DNA of 38,500 nt from Armatimonadaceae bacterium (GCA_035539875.1 DATLHN010000252.1:1-38500), one strand, 5' to 3'; counted from the first letter of the stretch, positions 8,661-16,829 are shown. Program-made: numbers and translations. The notes: generated by a model not told the origin, from the letters alone.

Positions 8661-9512
8661 TCAGCGCGGGGTACTAATCACCGCTCCCGGGTTCGCACCG
8701 GGCAGCGTGCCCCAGATCCACGCCGGGATCCGGTAAATGCTGGCGGTCAGGAAGAACGCCAGCGCAGCCCCGATAACCACCTCCTGCAAGGTGTGAATGC
8801 GCGCCTCGACCCGGGATTGTGCCACGAGCAAGGCCAGCAGGATGGCGAGGACGGCCACGAACATGTTGTCCGTGACGAAGAGAATGGTGGTCGCCAGGAA
8901 GAAGGCGACCGCGGCGTGACCCGAAACGACGCCCCCGTGCAGGAGCGTCCCCTTCCTCCCGACTACTTTACCGAGCAGGAGGCAGACGGAAAGCAGGCCC
9001 ACCGCCGCGAAGAATACCGCCAGCGTCGGCGGCTCCTGCAGCCGGATCCGGACCTCGTCCGGGCGTCCGCCTCCGAAGAAGACGACGAAGCCCACGATGA
9101 CGGCGTTTATCGACGCGACGAGGACCGCGCCCGCGGCGACGTCCTTCGCGAACTTGGCCGCCGGGTGGTAGCTCTGGGTGATCATGTCCACGACCGCCTC
9201 GATCGCCGTATTGAACATCTCGGCGATCAGGACGAGGGACGCGGTGAAGAGCAGCACAAGGAGTTGCGTCGCCGGCAGGCGGAAGAGGATGCCGGAGAGG
9301 AGCACGAGCAGGACCGTGAGGAAGTGGAAGCGCATGTTCCGCTGCGTGCGGAACGTGTGCGCGACGCCCTCGATGGCATGCCGAAACGAATCCAGCGGGT
9401 TCTTCGAACGCCACAGGTGGACTGGCTGCGAATGCGCGTGATGCGGCGTGCCGCCCGGCGAAGCGTGCGGGGAACGCGACGGAGGTTCGTCCGACTCGCG
9501 GACCGTGCTCAT
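8661..9512 (-). CDS. dgkA: diacylglycerol/undecaprenol kinase (DgkA) fused to a PAP2-type phosphatase module
   Basis: N-terminal half: FRHAIEGVAHTFRTQRNMRFH...LIAEMFNTAIEAVVD...AKDVAAGAVLV (prokaryotic DAGK). C-terminal half: VSGHAA (PSGH-like) and SRVEARIHTLQE (SRx5Hx3D/E-like), both PAP2 motifs. Confidence 0.8.
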   Translation of the reverse strand: MSTVRESDEPPSRSPHASPGGTPHHAHSQPVHLWRSKNPLDSFRHAIEGVAHTFRTQRNMRFHFLTVLLVLLSGILFRLPATQLLVLLFTASLVLIAEMFNTAIEAVVDMITQSYHPAAKFAKDVAAGAVLVASINAVIVGFVVFFGGGRPDEVRIRLQEPPTLAVFFAAVGLLSVCLLLGKVVGRKGTLLHGGVVSGHAAVAFFLATTILFVTDNMFVAVLAILLALLVAQSRVEARIHTLQEVVIGAALAFFLTASIYRIPAWIWGTLPGANPGAVISTPR

Positions 9513-9522
9513 ACTGCTGATT

Positions 9523-9996
9523 TTACCCTAACGATGTCGTCTCAACCTTATCAAGCGGCCTGCCCAGAATGCGCGTTTCCGCCGCGCGCATGACTTCCGC
9601 GCCTTCGTCGGTGTCGTCCTCGTGCCCCAGCAAGTGCAGGATGCCGTGCACGAGCAGCAGAGCCGTCTCCTCGGCGACCTCCCACTACCGGGCCGCCGCC
9701 TGCCGGTTCGCGGTGTCTACCGAGATCGCCACGTCCCCCAGAATCTCCGCGTCGCCGGGTCCGTCCGGCAGCGCCTCCTGCGGCCACGAAAGCACGTCCG
9801 TCGCCCTGTCGATACCGCGCCAGATCCGGTTGAGTTCCCGAATCCGCGGGTCGTCGGTTATCAGGACGCTGACCTCCGCGCTTTCCCTACCGACGTCCGC
9901 GAGTAACCTTCGTGCGGCCTCCGCCGCGCGTTCCAGTGGCGGTGCCGCCACCCCCGGCTCCGTTCGTATCGTGAGTTCCATCGGTTCCCGTGCCAT
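9523..9996 (-). pseudogene. ybeY: ybeY (rRNA maturation endoribonuclease) interrupted by an in-frame TAG
   Basis: The N-terminal 103 codons (9688-9996) contain LITDDPRIRELNRIWRGIDRATDVLSWP. An in-frame TAG lies at 9685-9687. The same frame continues [41 protein letters not shown]... to the TAA at 9523-9525. The His triad motif lies after the stop. Confidence 0.75.
9685..9687 (-). other. in-frame premature TAG codon inside ybeY
   Basis: Plus-strand cta at 9685-9687 is in frame with both the ATG at 9996 and the TAA at 9523. Confidence 0.9.
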
Positions 9997-12391
9997 TACC
10001 GCCGTCCGGCGTCCCCGCCGCCGCGGCCGCCGCCGTCAGAGCCCCCGCCAGCGCCTCCTCCGGGAAGGTCGTCAGGCGGAGCGGCGGCGGAGCGGCAGGG
10101 CTATCCCCGGCGTCCGCGCCGATCGCCGCGGCTGCCGCCTTCGGCTTCTGCGGGTAGGCGATCCGCGCATGCAGCGTCGCGGACAGCGTCCTCGTGAAGA
10201 CGTCTTGTACCGCCTTCAGGTCGCGGATCGTCAGGTCGCACTCATCCAACTGTCCGTCGGCGCGCTTCTCCTCGATCAGTTCGGCGACGAAGTCCGCGAT
10301 CCGCTGCGGCGTCGGCCTTTCCAGGGTTCGGGACGCCGCCTCGACCGTGTCGGCCAGCATCAGGATGGCGGCTTCCTTGGACTGGGGTTTCGGCCCTGGG
10401 TAGCGGAACTGCGACTCCAGGCGCGGGTCCGGCCGCCCGCCCGTGGCGCGGTGATAGAAGTAGCGTATCAGGGTCGTCCCGTGGTGCTGCTCGATCACCT
10501 CCAGCACGCGCGGCGGCAGACCCGCGGCCTCCGCCATCTCCATCCCCTCCTTGACGTGCGAGGTGATGACGAGGGCGGACATGTAGGGCGACAGTCGGTC
10601 GTGGATGTTGTCGGCGTTGCTCTGGTTCTCGATGAAGAACTCGGGCCGGTTCATCTTGCCGAGGTCGTGATAGTAGGCGGCGACGCGCACCAGGAGGGCG
10701 TCCGCGCCGATCGCCTCCGCCGCCGCGTGGGCGAGATTCGCGACCATCAGGGAGTGGGCATACGTGCCCGGCACCCGCATCCGGAACTCCTGGAGGACGG
10801 GGCGCGCCGGGTCGGTCATCTCCAGCAGGCGCAGGTGCGTCGTGATCCCGAACCACCGCTCGAACGCCGCGACGCCGGTGTAGAACAGGGCCAGCGCGAA
10901 GAGCCCGGAAACGCCCCCCCAGAGGGCGGCCGAGACGAGGTCCGCCGCCGGATCGGCCTCAAGATGGCCCACCAGGACGTTCAGGGCCGAATTCGCGCCG
11001 CACAGGATCAGGGTGGCGCGCAGGAAGTCCCCACGGTGCCTCAGCGCCGCCACGGCGACAATGCCGACCAGCGACGATCCGAGCGTGATGACCGTGAAGC
11101 GCAGCTCGTTGTTAAGCACGAGGCCGGAGACGACCGAGAGCAGCGACACGGTGAGCAGCGCGACCGAGGGCCGGATGAGAACGGCGATCGCCATGCCCGC
11201 GGACGCGACGCACATCATGCCCAGGTAGCCGAACAGGTTCCCCGACACCTGGAAACCCAGGAGCATCTGCCCGATCTTGAGCCCCGTCACACTGAGCAGG
11301 GCGAGCAGTGCCAGCAGGACCATGCGGGGCGTGTCGTCGTAGACACGGCGCTCGAACTGCCGAAGGAAGACCGCGACAAGGCCGGTCAGGGCGGCGACCA
11401 GCAGCGTGATGGCCGCGACCGTCAGCGCGTCGAAGCGGGCGTTCTGGAGACCGAGGGCCGCAAAAGTGTCGAGGTGCTGCTGCGTGACCGCTTCGTTCTG
11501 CCGGACGATCGGGTTGCCCGCCGCGATCCGGCGCATCTGCGGCACAACGCGGGCCGCCGCCGCCGCGCGATCTGCCGCGGTCTGCCGCTCGTTGTAGACG
11601 CGATTAAACGTCAGGGCGCTCGCCGCGACCCGCGCCACGACCGTCCGGAGGGCACTGTCTTCCAGCCTGCCCAAATCCGGGTCCTGAACGAGCGCCGCGC
11701 GGGCTCGGTCGAGGTCCGTGGTGCCCTTTCGAATCTCGTCGGCCATGTGCCGCTGGACCAGGCCGGTCGCGACCTGCCGCGCCCGGGATCGCGCGCCCTC
11801 GCTGGCCCGCATGAGCTGCGCCACGGCCGCCCGCGTCACCTCGTCGGTGCCCTGCTGGCGAATTTCGTGGAGGGCGGCGTCCAATCGCTTCGAGAAAGCC
11901 TGTTCGGGACTGAGGTCCGCGGACGTACCCGGCAGCGCGTTGATCGAACCGGGGATCGCCCATCGCGCCACGATGTCGATGATCGCTCCGACAGCCTCCT
12001 CCGCTTCGCCCGCCGCGGTCGGGAGCGGGTCGTACCGCTTCTCCACCTGGCCGACGGCGTTGTCGCGCAGCTGCCGCGTGGCTTCGGTGTCCTCGTACAG
12101 AACCGTCCGCTGCGCGATAATGTCGTGGTCCGCGGTCTGGCCAAGGCGGAGATTGACCCGGTTGGGCCAGAGGTGGATGCACAGGAGAATGGCGAGGAGG
12201 ATGGCGGTGCCGAAGGCGAGAGCGACGCGCGGAAAATCGACGCCGGCGAGGAAATCGGCGATGCCGCCCGCGTCGGACGCCCCGTGGGACCGGCGTTTGC
12301 GCGCGGCGGAGAGAGCCGAATAGCGCCGTGACTTACGCCGCCACGGCGTCAGCCACAGTAGTAGGCTCTCGAAAAAATGGGGCCGCTTCAT
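9887..12391 (-). CDS. pgpH: 7TM receptor with intracellular HD hydrolase (PgpH/YqfF-like)
   Basis: N-terminal TM segment plus an extracytoplasmic domain, then a 7-TM block. The HD/HDIG domain reads YAHSLMVANLAHAAAEAIGAD...AAYYHDLGKM...VIEQHHGTTLIRYFYHRA. A low-complexity Ala/Gly/Thr tail overlaps the ybeY start. Confidence 0.85.
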   Translation of the reverse strand: MKRPHFFESLLLWLTPWRRKSRRYSALSAARKRRSHGASDAGGIADFLAGVDFPRVALAFGTAILLAILLCIHLWPNRVNLRLGQTADHDIIAQRTVLYEDTEATRQLRDNAVGQVEKRYDPLPTAAGEAEEAVGAIIDIVARWAIPGSINALPGTSADLSPEQAFSKRLDAALHEIRQQGTDEVTRAAVAQLMRASEGARSRARQVATGLVQRHMADEIRKGTTDLDRARAALVQDPDLGRLEDSALRTVVARVAASALTFNRVYNERQTAADRAAAAARVVPQMRRIAAGNPIVRQNEAVTQQHLDTFAALGLQNARFDALTVAAITLLVAALTGLVAVFLRQFERRVYDDTPRMVLLALLALLSVTGLKIGQMLLGFQVSGNLFGYLGMMCVASAGMAIAVLIRPSVALLTVSLLSVVSGLVLNNELRFTVITLGSSLVGIVAVAALRHRGDFLRATLILCGANSALNVLVGHLEADPAADLVSAALWGGVSGLFALALFYTGVAAFERWFGITTHLRLLEMTDPARPVLQEFRMRVPGTYAHSLMVANLAHAAAEAIGADALLVRVAAYYHDLGKMNRPEFFIENQSNADNIHDRLSPYMSALVITSHVKEGMEMAEAAGLPPRVLEVIEQHHGTTLIRYFYHRATGGRPDPRLESQFRYPGPKPQSKEAAILMLADTVEAASRTLERPTPQRIADFVAELIEEKRADGQLDECDLTIRDLKAVQDVFTRTLSATLHARIAYPQKPKAAAAAIGADAGDSPAAPPPLRLTTFPEEALAGALTAAAAAAGTPDGGNGTGTDGTHDTNGAGGGGTATGTRGGGRTKVTRGRR

Positions 12392-12617
12392 GAAAGGTGG
12401 TGCACTGCCGCCGCGATTCGGTCCGGTGGTGCGTCCTCGATTGCTCGCTCGCGCCCGGCCTGTGCGAGACCAGGCGACCGACCGTCGCGGTCCGACGGAG
12501 AGTGCGGGTGGGGATCCCGGGCGATGCCACGGAGACCGGGAGTACGGCTTGGCGACGGCGCGCGTCCTGCCGGTATTGCGGACGGGGGCGCTGCTCTACA
12601 CGGTCAAATACGTAGAG

Positions 12618-12806
12618 TTAGCGCTCCTCGTTCTGCTTCATCTTGCGACGGCGCGCCGCTTCCGCCTTGCGCTTCTTCTCGCTGGGCTTTTCGTAATACT
12701 CGTGCGCGCGCGCCAGCTTCAGAACGCCGTCCTGCTGAAGCTGCTTCTTAAAGCGCTTCAACGCGGCGTCGAGCGGCTCGCCCGGCTTGACGATAACCTG
12801 TGCCAT
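12618..12806 (-). CDS. rpsU: 30S ribosomal protein S21 (bS21)
   Basis: 62 aa: MAQVIVKPGEPLDAALKRFKKQLQQDGVLKLARAHEYYEKPSEKKRKAEAARRRKMKQNEER. This is the classic S21 sequence pattern. GAGGAGGGA lies upstream. Confidence 0.95.
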   Translation of the reverse strand: MAQVIVKPGEPLDAALKRFKKQLQQDGVLKLARAHEYYEKPSEKKRKAEAARRRKMKQNEER

Positions 12807-12949
12807 AGTTGCTTTCTATCCCTCCTCGCTCCTGTGGGCTCGCCAACCCCGGCGTCGTTGCCATGTGGGGCGGCGGCAAAATCCTCCGTGAAACTCCGCG
12901 GAGGGTGTGCCGCAGAAACCAGGAGGAACGCGCTACCGTGCCATCGGGC

Positions 12950-12979
12950 ATTATACAGGCCCGCTTTTGCGCCTGTCAA
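12950..12979 (-). promoter_or_regulatory. near-consensus sigma70 promoter for rpsU
   Basis: On the minus strand: TTGACA (12974-12979), an 18-nt spacer, then TATAAT (12950-12955). It overlaps the stop codon of the upstream gene and predicts a leader of about 135 nt. Confidence 0.6.
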
Positions 12980-14175
12980 GGCGACGCCCCGGCCACGGGG
13001 ACTGCCACGACCGCGCCGGTCGCCAGTCCGACCAGGACGGAGTCGGGTTCAGCGCCCGGCGCGAGCGCGGTGATCGGAGAGTCGAAGGCGTACACGCGCT
13101 CCTGCGCGCCCGTAGCCGTAGAGAGTTTCACCAGCGATCCGCCGAACAGCCCGATCACGTAAGCGTCCGGTCCCAGCGCGACGACCGGGGTGACTTCGCT
13201 GCGGGCTCCGCCGAAGTCGAACGTGAATCGGAAGCGGTCCGGGACATTCGGCGCGTCCGCCTCGCGTTCGTAGAGCGTCGCGTTCACCCCGAGCACGCCG
13301 CGCACGTCGAACCGCCGCGGGTCGCCCCCGGGGTGGACGACGTACAGGTCCGCTACGGAGATCAGGTCCCCTCGCTCCGGGAGGCGCGCGACGGGTACGA
13401 CGCCTTCCCACTCGCTGGAGTACATCACGCAGGCGACTTCGCCCGTAAACGGATTGAGGCACGCGCCGCCGATGCGGGGGGAGTACGGCTCCGCCTTGAC
13501 GCATACCAGAGTCGTCGGCCCGTCGGCAACCGGGCGGCAGTCGGCGTCCAGGGGGACCGACAGGATCCGGTTGCCGTCCCAGTTGTCGGGGTCCACGGTG
13601 ACGAGGAACAGCCGGTGGGCGGCCGGGTCGTACAGGAGGCCGTCGCGCCCGGCCAGGGTCGGTCGGAGTCCATCGGGGTCGTCGTCGAGACGGAGCACCT
13701 CGTGGCGCTCGAACCGCGGAAGCGCGAAGGCGTTAACGGTGGTCGTATTGTCCTCGTCGCTGCTGTCCACCACGACGAAACGCCCCCCTGCAACGCCGAC
13801 CGGGCGGGAAGGCCCCCCACTGTACCCCTCCGTCCGCATCAAATCGCGGGCAGACTTCTCCCCCGGGTCCAGGGCCAGTGTAGCCACCGTCCACCCGTGC
13901 CCGATCCGGTTCCAGGCGACGGCCAGGATCAGCCAGGGGCCGACGAACCCCGCGGAGACGTCGATCGGCGCGCTCCTCTCCGTCACCTCGTCGACCACGG
14001 AGCGCACCCACGCCGCCGCTTCTCCGTCGATCCGGGTGCCCGCGGCGTCGCCGGCATTCCGGAAGTCGAGGACCGAGACGTCCCCGAGGTCCGTGACGGC
14101 CAGTACACGCCGCCGATCCGCCTGGTGCGCGAGCACTACGACCTCCCCGTTCAGGTTCGCGACAGTTTCGGCCAT
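12976..14175 (-). CDS. hypothetical protein, probable beta-propeller-like fold, no signal peptide
   Basis: 399 aa with normal composition and high GC3. GGGAAGGG RBS-like sequence lies upstream of the ATG at 14175. I recognise no family motif. Repetitive beta-strand-like segments are present (VLAVTDLGDVSVLDF, RFVVVDSSD, RLFLVTVDPD, DLYVVHPGGD). Confidence 0.6.
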   Translation of the reverse strand: MAETVANLNGEVVVLAHQADRRRVLAVTDLGDVSVLDFRNAGDAAGTRIDGEAAAWVRSVVDEVTERSAPIDVSAGFVGPWLILAVAWNRIGHGWTVATLALDPGEKSARDLMRTEGYSGGPSRPVGVAGGRFVVVDSSDEDNTTTVNAFALPRFERHEVLRLDDDPDGLRPTLAGRDGLLYDPAAHRLFLVTVDPDNWDGNRILSVPLDADCRPVADGPTTLVCVKAEPYSPRIGGACLNPFTGEVACVMYSSEWEGVVPVARLPERGDLISVADLYVVHPGGDPRRFDVRGVLGVNATLYEREADAPNVPDRFRFTFDFGGARSEVTPVVALGPDAYVIGLFGGSLVKLSTATGAQERVYAFDSPITALAPGAEPDSVLVGLATGAVVAVPVAGASP

Positions 14176-14258
14176 TTAGACGTCACCCTTCCCGAGCGCT
14201 GACGGAGGTTCAGGCGGCCGGTCTGTCGCCTGTCAGGTAGACCCTAAACTACCCTGCG

Positions 14259-15356
14259 CTACCACGGCGACCGTTCGCGGACGGGCACGCCCCACAACGA
14301 GCCGTCGTGCCAGAGCGAGACGTGCTCGCCGTCGGGCAGCCAGGCGACGTTCTGCGGGCCTTGGAGGGCCGACTTCGCGCCAGCAACCATGCGCGGAAGG
14401 ACGGGATAGTGGTGCCCCGTCTCAAGTTCGCTCACGAGGAATCCCATGCCGTCTTGCCCCTGGTCAGCCGGTCGCCAACCCCAGAGGTGACGCTTGCCGT
14501 CGGGCGATATACCGAGCGGCGAGTATAACTCGGGCGTCGTCAGGGTCCGCGGCCGGACCGTCGCTGACTTATCGGAGAACGTATATTCGTACAGATAGGC
14601 GGCCACGTTCCCGTCCGCGTCATATTGCCCAAGACCCCGCACGAACCCTCTCCCATCCCTGGTGATGGTCATCGGGGCGACGTAGCCGGCGGAATACAGC
14701 GGCCGTCCGTCGGCAGCAGTCACGGGTATTCGGGTGGGAACAGGCTCTGAAAGCGAGTATCGGTTCACCGCGACGGAGTCCGTGCCGAGGACGATAAACC
14801 GGCGGCTGTCCGGGAGCCAGGCGACGCAGCTATCCGTAATATCGTGTTCCTGCACGGGCCACTCTCGGGCGGACTTCCCGTCGCGGCGCACGGCAAGCCA
14901 GAGGCGCTTACCTGCCTTGACGGCGCTCGCTACGAACCATTTGCCGTCGGGCGACACGGAGAAGTAGTTGGCGTACTCGATTTCCGGCATGCGCCAGAAG
15001 GCGGTGACAACGGCGAGCGGCGTGACGACGCCCGTGCGGGCGTTCACCTCGACCCAACGGTAACCGGGTAGCTCGCGCGCGACGAACCTTTCGGCGTCTA
15101 TCCAGTGCGGGGCAGGGTCCGACGCGATGTGCTTCGTGCCGGGCACCCGCCTCCCGAACTGCTCCAGTCGGTAACGCTCCCCGTCGAACGTCGGCGAGGC
15201 GAGCCACGTGTACCGTGCGGTCCTCCGGTCCCGCGCGCGCCCGCGCAACGGACCGGAATCCGTCCGCGCAAGGTCGAAGGCGAGCCACAACAACGGGACG
15301 AGCGCCGCCGCCGCCATCCCCACGTTCCACAGGTGCCGCTTACCCGATGTGCTCAT
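14259..15356 (-). CDS. membrane-anchored TolB/PD40-like beta-propeller repeat protein
   Basis: AAGGAGGA RBS lies upstream. The N-terminal TM segment is LWNVGMAAAALVPLLWLAFDLA. PD40-like repeats: FSVSPDGKWFVASA, GISPDGKRHLWGW, VAWLPDGEHVS. Confidence 0.6.
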   Translation of the reverse strand: MSTSGKRHLWNVGMAAAALVPLLWLAFDLARTDSGPLRGRARDRRTARYTWLASPTFDGERYRLEQFGRRVPGTKHIASDPAPHWIDAERFVARELPGYRWVEVNARTGVVTPLAVVTAFWRMPEIEYANYFSVSPDGKWFVASAVKAGKRLWLAVRRDGKSAREWPVQEHDITDSCVAWLPDSRRFIVLGTDSVAVNRYSLSEPVPTRIPVTAADGRPLYSAGYVAPMTITRDGRGFVRGLGQYDADGNVAAYLYEYTFSDKSATVRPRTLTTPELYSPLGISPDGKRHLWGWRPADQGQDGMGFLVSELETGHHYPVLPRMVAGAKSALQGPQNVAWLPDGEHVSLWHDGSLWGVPVRERSPW

Positions 15357-15419
15357 TCCGCGTGATCCTCCTTGCGACCGACCATTGTTGGTCCGTTCGT
15401 CAGGAACCGCGCCATCTCC

Positions 15420-16829
15420 TCACAGCCCGAGCACGACGCGGGCGATGCTGAAATAGATGAGGAGGCCGGTCGCGTCCACGAGAGTGGTGATGAAGGGGGC
15501 CGACATGACGGCGGGGTCGGCTCCGAGTCGCTTCGCGATGAGCGGAAGCGTTCCCCCGACGACGTTCGCCCAGACGACGACCGAGATGATCGACCCGGAG
15601 ATGACCAGCGCGAAGCGCGGCTCCTCGCCCCACAGAAGCCAGACCACGAAGAAGCCGACGAGGCTGAGCAGGCCGCCGAGCAGCAGGCCCGTGCGCAACT
15701 CGCGCAGGAGGACCTTGACCCAATCGCCGAACCGCACCTCGCCGAGCGCCAGGGCGCGCGTGACCGTCATGACCGCCTGCGCGCCCGCGTTCCCGCCCGT
15801 GCCGATCAGGAGCGGGGTGAACGTCGCCAGTGCGGCCACCTTGGCGATCAGCGGCTCGAAGTGGCGCGATACGGTCCCGGTGAGCATCGAGGCGACGAAC
15901 AGCATCAGCAGCCACCCGATGCGCTGCTTCACCGTGGAGCGGATGCGCGTCGAGAGGTAGTGCGTATCGTCCCCCTGGACCGCGCCGAGCTTGAGGACGT
16001 CCTCCGTCTGCTCCTCGACCAGGATGTCTACCACGTCGTCCACGGTGACGATGCCCGCGAGCGCCCCCCGGCGATCCAGCACCGGCAGGGCGAGGAAGTC
16101 GTACTTGCTGATGATCTGCGCGACCTCCTCCTGGTCCGTGTCGACGTCCACCGTGAACGGGTCGCGCACCATGATGTCGGCGATCTTCTGGTCGGGCGCG
16201 GCCCGCACCAGGTCGCGCAGCGAGAGGACGCCCACCAACGTCTCCGGCACTCCCTTCGCGCCCCCGTTGACCACGTACAGGTCGCTGAGTGTCTCGACCT
16301 CGGGATCGGCGCGGCGGATGACGCCGAACGCCTCGTCGACGGTGAGAGTCCCGCGAAGGCGGACGAACTTGTCGGTCATCAGGCGGCCGGCGGTCTTCTC
16401 CTCGTAGGAGAGGAGTTCGCGCACCTCGGCGGCGTCCTCCGGGGCGCGGGTCTCCAGGTCGGCCAGTATCTCCTCGGCACGCTCGGGACGGTCCTCGGCG
16501 ATCTCGGCGACGACCTCGGCGGCGTCGTCCATCGGGAGCCGGTCGAGAAGGTCGGCGATGCGCCCGGGAGGCGCGTTTTCCAGCAGATAGCGGACCAGAT
16601 CGCGGTCGAGTTCGTCGAGGACCTCCGCCGCGCGCACGTTGTCCAGCCAGTTGAAAACGGCGAGCGCCTCGGGTCGGGCGATCTCCTGCATCACCTCGGC
16701 GATGTCCGCCGGGTGCCGCCCGCGCAGCGCCGCGGTCATCGCCAGGTCTCCGCCGTCCCCCGGAGGGATGCGCAGGGCGCTGCGCAGGCGCTCGGCGAGG
16801 TCCGAAGACGAATCCGACAGGGCGGGCAT
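15420..16829 (-). CDS. mgtE: magnesium transporter MgtE
   Basis: MgtE N-terminal domain (AEVLDELD), a CBS pair, and a membrane domain with TPLLIGTGGNAGAQAV and PFITTLVDATGLLIYF. GGAGGAG RBS lies upstream. Confidence 0.9.
   Translation of the reverse strand: MPALSDSSSDLAERLRSALRIPPGDGGDLAMTAALRGRHPADIAEVMQEIARPEALAVFNWLDNVRAAEVLDELDRDLVRYLLENAPPGRIADLLDRLPMDDAAEVVAEIAEDRPERAEEILADLETRAPEDAAEVRELLSYEEKTAGRLMTDKFVRLRGTLTVDEAFGVIRRADPEVETLSDLYVVNGGAKGVPETLVGVLSLRDLVRAAPDQKIADIMVRDPFTVDVDTDQEEVAQIISKYDFLALPVLDRRGALAGIVTVDDVVDILVEEQTEDVLKLGAVQGDDTHYLSTRIRSTVKQRIGWLLMLFVASMLTGTVSRHFEPLIAKVAALATFTPLLIGTGGNAGAQAVMTVTRALALGEVRFGDWVKVLLRELRTGLLLGGLLSLVGFFVVWLLWGEEPRFALVISGSIISVVVWANVVGGTLPLIAKRLGADPAVMSAPFITTLVDATGLLIYFSIARVVLGL

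Noticed and set aside
9685-9687. TAG in ybeY as a recoded sense codon (pyrrolysine or reassignment).
   Set aside because: TAG terminates several well-supported genes in this window (ends at 6982, 9887, 14259, 16929 and 22024). No pyl genes or PYLIS-like context are visible here. It cannot be fully excluded without the whole genome.
9569-12331. A 920-aa ORF on the plus strand antisense to pgpH. Similar long antisense or alternate-frame ORFs occur elsewhere (302-1210+, 3439-4755-, 5943-7127-, 6994-8643+, 21616-24057+, 23289-25460+, 30961-33129-).
   Set aside because: These are typical high-GC shadow ORFs. Their products are Arg/Pro/Gly/Ala-rich low-complexity strings with no recognisable motifs. 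Each fully overlaps a gene with clear family signatures and better codon third-position GC bias.
12606-12617. AATACGTAGAG next to the rpsU stop, resembling the ACTACGTAGT operator palindrome.
   Set aside because: Only the TACGTAG core matches, and it is not a full palindrome. A single extra TACGTA in 38.5 kb is about what chance would give.
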